This document shows, piece after piece, positions 51,804-64,000 of a stretch of DNA of 64,000 nucleotides. How positions within the stretch are numbered: the stretch's first letter is position 1; each line of letters opens with the position of its first letter. The translations under genes and the position numbers were made by a program. Source of the DNA: Chrysomallon squamiferum (lineage: Eukaryota > Animalia > Mollusca); contig CM022666.1 of assembly GCA_012295275.1 (NCBI GenBank), forward strand, positions 1,364,001 to 1,428,000, read 5' to 3'. Under the pieces are notes generated by a model. That model ran no database searches and had not been told where the DNA came from. It worked only from the letters and a program-made list of their open reading frames with translations.

Positions 51804-54800
51804 AATTATATAAATTATCACATACCTACAAGATGCTATCTCTTGATAAGAAGTGTTTGGGAATTAGTGTTTTAATCTCCATTGAAACATTTAACATAAT
51901 AATAAAATTTACATTTATGGAGCTGAGAAATATTAGAATTTGGCAATACCATGTGTTGAAAGAAAAGATGAAAGAAAAAATTAATAATACAATAAAATAA
52001 GTAAAATAATAAATGTCTGTATGGCATCTTTTCAGAGTATATTTAAAATCCATATTTAAAAAAAATAATAAGCAAGTAAATTCGCATCTCGGGCATCACA
52101 TTAACCTTTTAAAAGTAACAATTAAGTGATTACGGCTACTAAAATAATTATAATTCGGGCTTTTGTAGAAACTCCATCCATGAAAAAAAACTGTTCCCAC
52201 CCCTTTCACTAACACTCTGGATTCTTTGCTCTTGATACAAAACACAAGAAAGAATTCCATCTTTTAACAAGCAAGAGTTCCACCCAAGGCTACGACAGTT
52301 ATAGCCAATCTCTTGTGGCAGTCCTTCTAATTAAGAAAACACAAGAAAGAAAAACCTGGTTGACCTGTGGGTACAGTGTGCAATGGTGGGCAAGCCCTTC
52401 TTTGAACTAAGCTATTGTAAGTGTGCCCTCCAGTGCTTGCAACCCATTTCAAGACAGGATGGCTGGAAAAATGGCCAATGAAAATATTGACCAAGCACCT
52501 TAACATTCCCATATTTCTGCCTGTTTCATAGGGGGGTCTGTTGTTGTAATGATGTAGCTGCCCTGTGGTGTGAAATTTATTTTGTTATTCAACTCTGAGC
52601 TTGACTGTCGATGTAGGGAAGCTGTTCTGCAGGGGGTTTGATAAGATAATTTATTTGTCTGTGGAGAAGACAAAATCTTCATTGTACGCCGCTGTTTTCG
52701 TGAATCAAAATTATCACTGAATCTTGGAATTTTGGGCTAAAAGAAGCAAAGTATGAATATTTACTTAAGAATTGGATGTATGTTGGTGTGTTTAGATAGA
52801 TAAGTTCAACAAAAATAAACAGTGATATATAATAACATCTTTTGTTAAGTTTACTCTCCATATAAATGACATTTGTACGTAAACAGAAATGTATCATTGT
52901 TATATTATAAATAAATATTTGCAGAGAAAAGATTTAAAAGTAAATATTTTTTATGGCAGTATTATTTCATATGACCAAAAAAAATCAGTATGGTTTGTGC
53001 TCATGTGTGTCTATATATTTGAAAAAAAAAAGGAAATGTCCGTGAAAATTATGTTCACTGCCATTTCCGTATAAAATATTAAAAAAATACAAAAATACAA
53101 AAAAAACTAAAATTTGAAGTCTTTAAAGTTAAATTTTAAAAATAAACCCTTAAATGTAAAACATTTCTCTTGGTTGTTTTTTTCGTTTTTTTCTGTAATT
53201 ATGTTTTGGTTGTCTAGAAGATTTTTGAACTGAGAAATGCATCAGCAGCCGATGAAAACCATGACAAAATTGGGTTAATTTTGACAAATTTCCTTTGCTT
53301 CAGAAACTCTTTGAAACACCATATTTCCCAACATGGACATGGCTCACTCAATAATCATTTCCAACAAGACAACCCTCCCCCAAAAAAAAAAAAAAAAAAA
53401 GAAAAAAGAAAAACATCTTTATCATACATAACCATTTGAAATTGGATTTTATTTGCGAAGTATTTTGGGATTGCATGATTGATGGCTCAAAATTATCTCA
53501 GCCGAATGGATAGAAAGAAACGTAACAAAGGTTAATTACTTTTGTGACCCAGATTTCTAATACCTCATGACCACATGTTGCTTTACATTTCCAAACTGTG
53601 AATATCTTTGTTGTAAATGCTAATACCATCTCTCTTGATGAATACAGTCGAGCAATCTCTAATCCTTCCTTCCAAAAGAATTTTCTTTTCCTTCTAAGCA
53701 GAATATTAGATTACTTAATATGCTGGACATTGTGCAATATTTTACACTTTACAAGGCCTCAGTGGGATACCTAAAAATGGAGGCACAATATATATATATA
53801 TATTTTTTTTTTCTTTCTGCCTTTTTCATTCCATGGTGTTTGTTGAGGTGTTAAAGTAGGTGCACATGTGGAATAACATTTTTCAGCGGACTCTGTTAAG
53901 AAAAATTACACTTTAATAACCTAGTTGTCCAGCTCTGTAGGAGGTATTTGTAACAGCTGATTTCAGTGCCCAGTACACGATTGTGTTTGTTAATGAAATA
54001 TTATTGTTATATTTAAGATATTATATTAAAATTTATTAAAAAAAACAAACATATGTTGTTGTAATTTTGAAATTAATAACTTTGAAAGTTAGGTATTAAC
54101 TTATTTTTAGAAAACTAATAAATAAATGAAAGTTTTATATAGAAGAAATATTTTCTTATTCAGTAACTTTTGCAAAATAATACAAAAACATCCCTTCTTT
54201 GGAAACTGAATATGTTTATTCTTTGGCCTTTCTAACTCTCAATAATCTATTTAATCATCCATCCATTCATCCATCCATCCATCCATCCATTCATCCATCC
54301 ATACATCTATCTTCCATGCATACATCCATTTGATAAATTTTTGTTTCTGTGTCTTAAATATATTTTATCCTTTTATTAAGACTTCATTAAAATCTATTAA
54401 ATTTTGTAAAATAAAATGTTGTTGCTATGTTCACAGTTTGCCTGTACAAATATTAATATTTTCCTAATCAAAAATGGTTTCCGAGCTGGTCAGCTGAGGT
54501 CATGTACATATTTTATAATCACAATATTTATCTGGGATCTGGATCTTGTTGAAGCTGGTTCAGAAGTACTTTTGAGTGCCATATATCTTTTAATAAATTT
54601 CTGGTATAAACATTTAAAAAAATAAATAAACAAGAAAACATTATAGAGATAAATTCTCACTCTGATTAAAGAGAATATTTAGATTTCATTCAACAAATAT
54701 TTATATATAAATACAGTGGTTTGTTTTGTACCATCAGATCATACAAGTATTTCTTTTTTTTTTTTTTTTTTTTTTTTTTTGGATACAAACAAAAATCTAC

Positions 54801-56488
54801 TGACAGAAAATTGATTAATAGTACATGTTGACTCTCTGCATTTTGTTCTTATCATATTCTGATGTGATCAAAAGACTGAAAGGGGGGGGTCTCCATCTAT
54901 TCTTAAGGAGCTGTTCTTGCCTAAAGCAGATTACTTCCTTTGATCTTCATCTTCATATAAACAGCTTCATGAAAGATTCTTCCAAACTGCTATCTGCCAT
55001 ATTGAATTTTTTTTCTTTTTCTTGTTATGAAATATATTTTTCAAGCTTCAGAAACTAGACTGTAATACTTCCATATGTTTTGATCTTCTGGTATCCCAAA
55101 GGTCTTTGTTAATCATGGAAAAACCATGTATAACAGATCTCTTGCTGTTCATCAGTAAGAAGTAACCCAAAAATAGTCAATGCAAAATGTCAGACAAATA
55201 TATATTAAAAAGAACTCTTGCTTTTGAAAAGTAGGAATACATTTTTTTCTGTTTTTTTCTCAAAAGTATGTTACAGAGGATTTCATATAAAAGAATTCTT
55301 GCTTTGATCAGTTTGAATAACAGTATTGTCTTAGCAGGGTGTTATAGAAAAACTGATGTAAAAGATACTCCATTTTTGATCAGTAGGAAAACTAAAAGGG
55401 TTTCAGCAGAAAACCCCCCACATATAAACAATTGCTTGCTTTTGAGAGATATCAGAGATGTACAAACAGAAAAAAAAAAAAAAAAAAACAACCCCCAAAA
55501 ACCAAAAAGTAACAACATGCTTTTGATCAAAACCCACTATGGTTTCAACAGTATTTTGATCTAGTGAAATTTGAAATGTTTATTTTTTTATTTTGTTGTC
55601 TTGTTTTTGCATAGGGGTGGGATAATCCTGAGAATTTCACTTTGTTCACCAACCATCATTGATTCACAGTTATTCAGTCTACTAGTCAGTCACTCATTTA
55701 ATCAGTTGGTCATTATAGCATTATTTAAATAATTGGAATACAGTATACATGTTATATTTTTATATCTATTTTTTTTTTGAACATACGAAATCTGCAACAA
55801 AAATATACGAACTTAATTTCACCTTCTAGCCTTGAAAGAATTGTAATAAACAATAAATAAACAAGTAATCTGGCAACTATTATTCTATGAAAAACTGATA
55901 CCTGAAATTAAAAAAAACAAATAACCCAGCCTTTTAATTAAATTTGTTCTTTTTTCATTACCTCCACCCAAAATCAAATTATTTACAAACAATCTTTTTT
56001 CTTTTTTTTTTTTTCATTTTAATTTTTTTTTTTTTTTTTTTAAATTAAAGAAGAAAAAAAAGGTTTGTTTTGTAAAAGGGAAATATAAAAGAGAACACAG
56101 CAAGAGAAAAGAAAACAAGTTGTTGTAGTGACATCCGCAATGGCTGACAAACTAACACATGGATGTCAGCAAACATCTGGGCTGGCCAACTTGTGAAATA
56201 CATGCAGTGTCTTTACTCAGTTAGTGTGCTGCTACTTCCATTGTTAACGACTGTACACACTGAAACCTCACTGGTGACAGCACTGCTGTTTGCTCGTGTG
56301 TGTGTCACTGTGCCTGTAGGTACACATGTCTGTGTGTATGTGTGTTTGTCCTGCCATTCCTTGAATTCCTTGTCTTAAAGGTAAGAAAAAGGACGATCAA
56401 GAATTTTTTTCCAATTTCTGTTCATTTAAAAAATGATGATGATGACGATGTGATGAAAAAAGGGAATAAAAGGGAATAATTAAATAAA

Positions 56489-56525
<37 letters not shown>

Positions 56526-57725
56526 GGAGTATTAATAGTAAGAACAATAACTATAACAGTAATCGTAAATACATAATAATAATAATAATGAGAGATACAA
56601 TAATTATTTTAGAGGTTTCATTTTCCATATTAAAATTAAGTGAACCTTTAATCATTTGTTTTTTCTTTTACAAGTATCAGTATATACAAATACAAAAAGA
56701 TATAGCAGATATATGTTAATATGTTACAGCTAGGTGTATTGTGACAGCTAATGTGGTTATTACAAGTAAAGGTAAAGTCATAATCGCTAAAGACATTAAA
56801 GGTATTTAAGAGATTCATATATATTTTTTTACTCAACAATAAATAAATTGCCAGGTATTTTTTTCTGTGCCATTTTCTGTCTCAAATTTTGATCTTTTTG
56901 TCTTTCATTCTTTTCTTTCATTTACCTTCCTTAGTTTTTAAATTTAAATTTATTTTATTTTATTTTATTTATGTCATTTTTATTTTATTTTATACATGTA
57001 TTCTTTTATTACTTTTTTTGTATTTTGCTTTTGTGGCATTTACATCATTTAAAATAAAAGATTTAAGATTCAGACAGACATAACGATCGCAGTCTCTCTT
57101 TTAAATTTAAATCATTTCGGCATTAATGGCCACACTTTTAAGATCACTGGTCGTTGTGTAAGGTTTTTATTGGCGAAGAACATTGCATCAGTCCAGGTGT
57201 TTTATCAGGTAAAACAAACAGTAGAAAATGAAAAGCCTGCTACAGAAAGGAAACGGTTTTTATCACACGGTTTCCTGTTTTAACAGATTGCCCAATGAAA
57301 TATAATTTTGTTATTGTATTCGACATATGGTTAACAGTTTCAGCCCATTCCACAGATTCACTATCAGATGGCTAAGAGGCCAATTTCCCACTAAAAAACC
57401 CCATTAACTGTCGACAGTTATAATGTTTTAAAACTATTGCTTAAATTACAGTGAAAGGATCTTGTTAGAAAAAAGTGATAAAGGTAGACGGCATGGTATT
57501 GTGCTGCATTTGATTTAAACATTTCTAAACAATGTTAAGTTTAATGAACAAAGTTGTAAAATTAAATTGACTGCATTAGAGTTAGCTGGTTGAATGGTTG
57601 TTTTGTTGGGCGTTTTTTCTTAAATTATTTTTATCTTTTGTATAAATGAAGTATTATTGTCAAGTCACTCAATCCAGTATAATTTATATTGATTTCAAAT
57701 TTTTACTTGATTATTTTTATTTTTA

Positions 57726-57807
<82 letters not shown>

Positions 57808-57916
57808 TAACTGGGTTTTTTTTAGGTTTGTTTTTTTAAATTTCATTTCTGGATTATGTAACATTATATTTTTATCATTTCCAGATATTTCAGTGTTTTT
57901 AACTTTTGATTCTTTA

Positions 57917-57960
<44 letters not shown>

Positions 57961-59995
57961 ATCTTTTTCACTTTTTTATTAGCACAAAAAAATATCCACA
58001 CACATTTGTACTTTAAAGACAGTCATATATATACACATATATTTTATTTTTAAATATTAAAAAAATAATGAAGTAAAAATTAAATAAATTACCTCTTAGA
58101 AAATAAAATGTCTACATAAAACCTGAAAAATTGTTTAAACTTAAGTTTACCCATTTTGAAAAGTTCAGTTCAAGAACATCAGCTTTAAAATGGTACTTTT
58201 TTTTATCATCGAAATGTTAAGTAAACAAACACAAATCTTAATTTTATTTCTTTTATGTCATTCATAACGATCTTTTATTCAAATGTTTTCTAAAATTTAT
58301 GTAGTTGATATATTTTTTTTTCATTCATAACATCATTTACATCTTGTCAGTGATAGCAAACGTACGAAGAATTTGGAAATTGCTCTATGCAAATATAAAT
58401 ACTTGAGATGGCATATATTTATGGCTGGATGTCAGATTTACATTTTAAAATCACAAATGATACAATAAAACAAATGAACCTGGCAGATTTATTATTTCAA
58501 ATTGCTGCTGATGACATGGCTCAAATATATCTGCTTCAAGACTTTCAACTGCATAAATTTATGCTTCAGAAATGTATTTCCTTCATTTTTTTCTTTTTTT
58601 TTTTTACATCTTTAAACAAACGAAAAAAAAAAAAAAAGGTTTTTATCTTACATGATTTTAAAATGGCACTTTAATAGAGGTAGCAGGCTAAAGGTCAGAT
58701 GCATTTTTCATAAGTAAACAAGAAAATAATTGGCAGATTTATGTTCTTCTTTTGGAGAGCAGCCAGGAGAAATTAACTCTGTTTTTCAGAATTCCTGCCT
58801 GGTTATCTGCACCATCTAAATTTATTCATTCATATCTGTGACTAGCACCAGTAAGTCATGTGCATTTCCTGGTCCTTCCCGTCTGTCGTGTGACAGAGGG
58901 AATGCTAAATTACTCGAGACATTTTTAGCTGTGTTTTAAAAAGATTATAACAGTGATATACGTGTTTACGTGTTGTGCCAAGCTTGTCAAGAATGTTGGC
59001 CCTCTGCTATTTCAGCTAATAATATTAAATCAAAACAGATGCAGAATTTAAAAATAAACGATAATAATTTTTTTTTTTTTTTTTTTTTGTCTCTGAATCA
59101 GTTAGCAGTTGGAAGCTTCACAACAAAAATATTGTCTGCATTACAATAAATTATAAAGATTCAGTATCAGACATTTTTCCGGTATTCAGGCATAGAAAAT
59201 ACATAGAAACACACACCCATCCACCCACACACACACTACACACACATTCTTTTATGAAAAAGCAATAAATATGTGATTCAAATTTATGCAAAAATGACAG
59301 AAATCAGAAAATAATAAAGAATTCATTTTTATCTTTTTCTCCAACTTTTTTTTTCTTTTTTTTTTTTTTTTTTTTTTTTCTGTTCTAAATGAAATAATAG
59401 AAAAGCACAGCAATCCACTGCCCTGTCTCAGACAATCATGTTCTGTTTAACTGATCCATTTGGAAGCACTCAAGCCAGTCCTGTTTGGCATTCATATTGT
59501 CAGTGTTTGTTTCTGACAACAGCAGTGTGTGTGTGTGTGTGTGTGTGTGTGGATGTCTCTACACACACAAGTAACGTCTCCAGTCACTGCTGGTTTCATC
59601 TCTTTGACAGCTTTGTGAATCTTGCTTTAATCATCTGACATGACTATGAATGATGGTCCCGTGTTTTTTGCCTGTCTGCAACATCCATCTTTTGTTCTGC
59701 GTGTGTATATTTGGATATGGGTGTATGTGTGGGTAGTTGCAAGTATTTGCATGTGTTTCTGAAGATGTTGAAAATCAGAAATTTGACACAGACAGAAGGA
59801 GTGAGAAAGAGAGACTGAGAGTGATACAGACAGACAGTGGGAGAATTTTTTTTTACACAAGACTTTTTCTTGATTTTCACATGTGTTATATTTTTGGCAT
59901 ATGTGTGTGTGCATGTGTGTCTTGTGCTCAACATAAAAGGAAATTTTGAAGATAAAAAGTTTGATTTAATTCATAGATCATAACTTAATTTTAAA

Positions 59996-60031
<36 letters not shown>

Positions 60032-61978
60032 TTATTTAGATTTTTAATTTTTTTTTTTTTAATGAAGTCCTACAGACAAAAATAACAAGCATTTTCCTTG
60101 ATGTTACCTTCATGCGGGTTTCAAATGAGAACAATTATTTCTGTCCATCTCTGACCTCAGGCAAACTGTTCCCAACTAATTGCTCTTTGCTCTTTGAGCT
60201 GCAGCCAACCAAAGGGAGACAACTTTGTAGTCAGCTCAAGAGCCTCTTCATATCAAATAGCCTGTGGTCAAGAAGCCTAATTTACTCAAGTGAAAACACA
60301 AATAAGTGGCTCAAATGACATGTGACTGATTCAGCCAATAAGATGTCTTTATTTCCCTCCACTGCACATACTATTAGCTTTGAAGTCTTTCAGGATTTTA
60401 GCTCAGACCCGCATGTGTAAGATTTGGAAATAATATCTTCAAGACTTAAGATTAATTTTCTCTTGTTTGAAGTAGATTTGAGAAAAAGTGCTTGAAAAAA
60501 AAACCCTGTAAGTCGATAAAGCAGATTTCATGAAGACGGTGAAAACTCTAAAAATAATTAACTAGCTTTTGTTTGGCTTCAGGGGACAGGAGGTTAAATT
60601 TCACAGTTATGAAATGATTTTTAATATTTGTAATGACTGTGGTACAGATTGGTTTTTATAATCTTAAAGGTTCTTGATAAAACAGTGGATGAGGTAGAGA
60701 ATTACTGAAGTACATAGGTGGGACAGATGGAAAGTGTGTATTGAAAGGTGGTTAGGTTCTGCAGTTTGGTAGTAGTAAGTTTTCTCTTATGATAAAATCT
60801 TATGATAAAATGATTTCAGGTGTTTTTAAACTAAATATTTATTTCATTATAATACTTGCTCAGCAGTGCATGAATGTCTACACTGCAGTTGTCTAATTTT
60901 GTCTGAATTATTTCTTAGTTAAATAAATAAATAAAACAATAAATGAGTAAAGAAAATATATAATAAATAAATAAATAAATTAATTAATGATGATGATAAT
61001 AATAAAAAATAATAATAAGAAAATTAAGTTAATTTTTTTGTTTTGAATAACTTTATTTTTTAAATCACAGTTTAACTGTGGATTAATAGAGATTACTGAG
61101 CCTGTTTTTTTAAATTTTATTAAAACCTTCTTAAGTTACATGCCATTGTTATAAATTTGACAATGTTATTGATTGTTATAGTTCTTAAATTAATCTGTCT
61201 TCATATATTTTTTGTTCTGATTTTTTTTGTTCTGTTCTTTGTTTTGTTAAATAAAAATGTCAGTGATTTGTTTCTTTACAGTGCATTTATTTAGTTTTTA
61301 ATTTTAATTTACTTTTTTTTTTTCATTTATCTATCTGTCAGCATACCCATCCATACTTCTATCTGTCCATCCATTTATCAGTCCATTCTTCTGTCCATCT
61401 TTTATTCCATCTGTCAATCATTACACCCACCCACCCATCCTGTTATCCCTAGCCAAACACAGTTACAGGTTTAGTTACAGATCTCAAGTTGGTATTGTCG
61501 TTAGATTTGCTTCTGTCCTTATTAACTCCAGTCGTGTCAGAGGGAAGCTGAAATATTGATGAGAAAAACACAATTCTCTGTCTGTCTTCCTCTTGCATCA
61601 TGACCCAGTGCTGACCAAGAAATCCAAGTAGAAAGCATAACAAACAGAAATAAAAGAACTACAAGAAGACGAGAAAAAATGTCTGTTTTGGCGATATAAC
61701 TTTTTTAGAACGTTTGGTTACTTTATTATTATTATTATTATCATCATTATAATTAATACTACTGCTACTACTGCCATATTATTAATTTTATTGTTTTTTT
61801 TATCATCATTGTCATCATTATTAATCTTTTTAGATTATTTGTTTATTTTGTTTTTTTAACATTTATTTTTTACTTTTGCACATAAGACATAATTGTTAAT
61901 GGAACAGATATATATTTTTCAAATATGTGTAATACACAGGAAACATGGAAGTCAGGATGGTGGATGGAATGGGTAGCA

Positions 61979-61983
<5 letters not shown>

Positions 61984-62020
<37 letters not shown>

Positions 62021-62047
62021 TGTGTGTGTCTTTGTCTATGTCTGTGT

Positions 62048-62086
<39 letters not shown>

Positions 62087-62267
62087 TGTGTCTCTGTGTG
62101 TTTGTGTCTGTGTCTCTGTGTCTCTGTGTCTCTGTGTGTCTGTGTGTCTGTGTCTGTGTGTGTGTGTGTCTGTGTGTGTGTCTGTGTCTGTGTCTGTGTC
62201 TGTGTCTGTGCCTGTGTCTGTGTCTGTGTCTGTGTCTCTGTGTCTCTGTGTGTCTGTGTCTGTGTGT
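61984..62267. repeat. Compound (TG)n/(TGTGTC)n microsatellite
   Basis: Directly visible. Confidence 0.95.
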
Positions 62268-62669
62268 GGGGGGAGACAGAAATCCAGCTGTGTGATACGG
62301 ATTCATGCCAGATGCATTATGGGTTATTTGATACGAGCTGTTATCTGTACATAAAACTGCAATAAAATTAAGCAAGCCATTTAGCAAAATCCAATTTAAG
62401 TGTTACGTTACAGCAGGCTTCCCTTCCCTTTTTGCTGCTTAGATAAAGCCCCGGGCACATAAACGCCACGACGGTAGTCGCAGATTATTGATTCAACGGT
62501 AGCAGCGGCAGTAACATTGAGGACAACTTCCTTGGCAATAAGGGCATTTTTACCTGGCTGTTGAACCCAGTGTAATGAATTTCACATTAATGTATGTATG
62601 TATTGATGTTAGCCCGTGACGCTGCTGTGAAATAAACAGTCGCAGGTGTGCAGCTGAAGGAGGTTGGTT

Positions 62670-63188
62670 TTAACCTGTACTGGAAACAACACAAATAATA
62701 TACAGCAGTACAGATATTGAAAATTTAAATAGCTTAGATTTTATAGAAGTAGTTTTAGCTTGTACTGAAAACAACACATATAAGATATACAGCAGTACAG
62801 ATATTGAAAATTTAAATAGCTTAGATTTTATAGAAGTAGTTTTAGCTTGTACTGAAAACAACACATATAAGATATACAGCAGTACAGATATTGAAAATTT
62901 AAATAGCTTAGATTTTCTAACAGTAGTTTTAACTTGTACTGAAAACAGCACAAATAATATACAGCAATACAGATATTGAAAATTTAAATAGCTTAGATTT
63001 TATAGCAGTACTGAAAACAATACAAATATACAGCACTAGTACGTCAACACAAATATACAGCAGTACAGATATTGAAAATTTAAATAGCTTAGATTTTATA
63101 GCAGTAGTTTTAACTTGTACTGAAAACAGTACAAATATACAGCAGTACAGATATTGAAAATTTAAATAGCTTAGATTTTATAGTAGTA
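62670..63188. repeat. About 82-87 bp minisatellite, about 6 copies
   Basis: TACAGCA(G/A)TACAGATATTGAAAATTTAAATAGCTTAGATTTT at 62701, 62788, 62875, 62960, 63056 and 63138. Confidence 0.95.
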
Positions 63189-64000
63189 TATATATCTGAA
63201 AATATTAGCTTTGAAGTAAATGTATTTTTCACTCTTATATAATAATAGTAATAATAAATAAATACAAAATTATGTAGAAAGTAATTAGCTTTCTCTAAAT
63301 ATCAAAATATATTTTGTATTTATTTATTACTATTAAATATTTAATTTAATTTAATATACATTTTCTTATTCATATATTCATTACATAATGCGAAAATGAT
63401 TTTATTTCTGTAAATTAGCCCATAGCATGTCTTCATCATTAATCTGAAATTCTGTTATTATTTATGCTATTTCATATTTAATTTGTTGTTTAAATATTTA
63501 TATTCTTAAACACGCTTTAAAAAAAAAAATAATAAAATAAAATAATAATCAAAAAGGAAACAAAAAGAGGCAATGACAAATACAGCCTTTTACTATTTTT
63601 ATTTATTTTTAAACTGCCTTTTTAAATTAAAATGTTTCCTTGTTTCATTTTTAACTCGGCCAAAATCAAGAACATTTTATCGGTGTATCATCCAATGACT
63701 TAATTAGATCAGCCTGTCACATCATCAGATACATGTGTTTGTCCTCAGTTCACTGAAGTGAAAAAAAACAAAAAAATTCCCTTTTTTTTCTAAGCACTTT
63801 TTCTCTTTCTTTTTCGGCTTTTTCGTGTCATGCATGCTCACGTTTGGAACAATTCAATTTGGGATCTTAGTTCATACCAGTGTTTTAAAAATCAATAATG
63901 ATAACACATGACACCACTATCTTGCACACATAAATTTCATTCCATGTTATTTTTCCCGTCTTTAGCAAAACGATGGCTGGTCGATTAATGAAAATAAATC

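Larger units (their letters stand above)
25888..64000 (+). other. RYK: Large intron after the first RYK coding exon (>38 kb)
   Basis: Manual reading found no exon encoding the expected WIF continuation (..ELYYVR...N.YAL.F). The region holds simple repeats, tandem repeats and moderately GC-richer islands. Confidence 0.6.

Noticed and set aside
50940-57215. AG|GT juxtapositions as recursive splice sites (ttttag|gtagaa near 50949; tatcag|gtaaaa near 57208)
   Set aside because: Short pyrimidine tracts and weak donors; expected by chance in 38 kb.
62670-62951. ORF with a 29-aa repeat
   Set aside because: Translation of the 87-bp minisatellite; the frame breaks in the other units.

Overview
Very AT-rich, microsatellite-dense animal genomic DNA with spliceosomal GT-AG introns. 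It is an invertebrate; a lophotrochozoan such as a mollusc is my guess only. I rebuilt three protein-coding genes by hand from splice sites and exon phases. (1) Rubicon (RUBCN), minus strand: 12 phase-consistent coding exons from ATG 16553 down to 229, about 585 codons. The C-terminal Rubicon-homology domain lies beyond the left edge. (2) CWC15, minus strand: complete, 6 coding exons, 21746 to 18765, 222 aa. (3) RYK/derailed-type Wnt co-receptor, plus strand: only the first coding exon (25776-25887, signal peptide plus start of the WIF domain). It is divergent from CWC15 and is followed by an intron of more than 38 kb that fills the rest of the window. Most entries in the supplied ORF track are simple-repeat artefacts. 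I see no clearly new biological system. The best leads are regulatory: possible internal exons or promoters giving a RUN-less or NMD-targeted Rubicon, a tandemly duplicated RUBCN splice donor, a uORF-rich RYK leader, a TCF-like motif cluster and Pbx-Hox/POU islands in the RYK intron, and a motif shared by the promoter regions.
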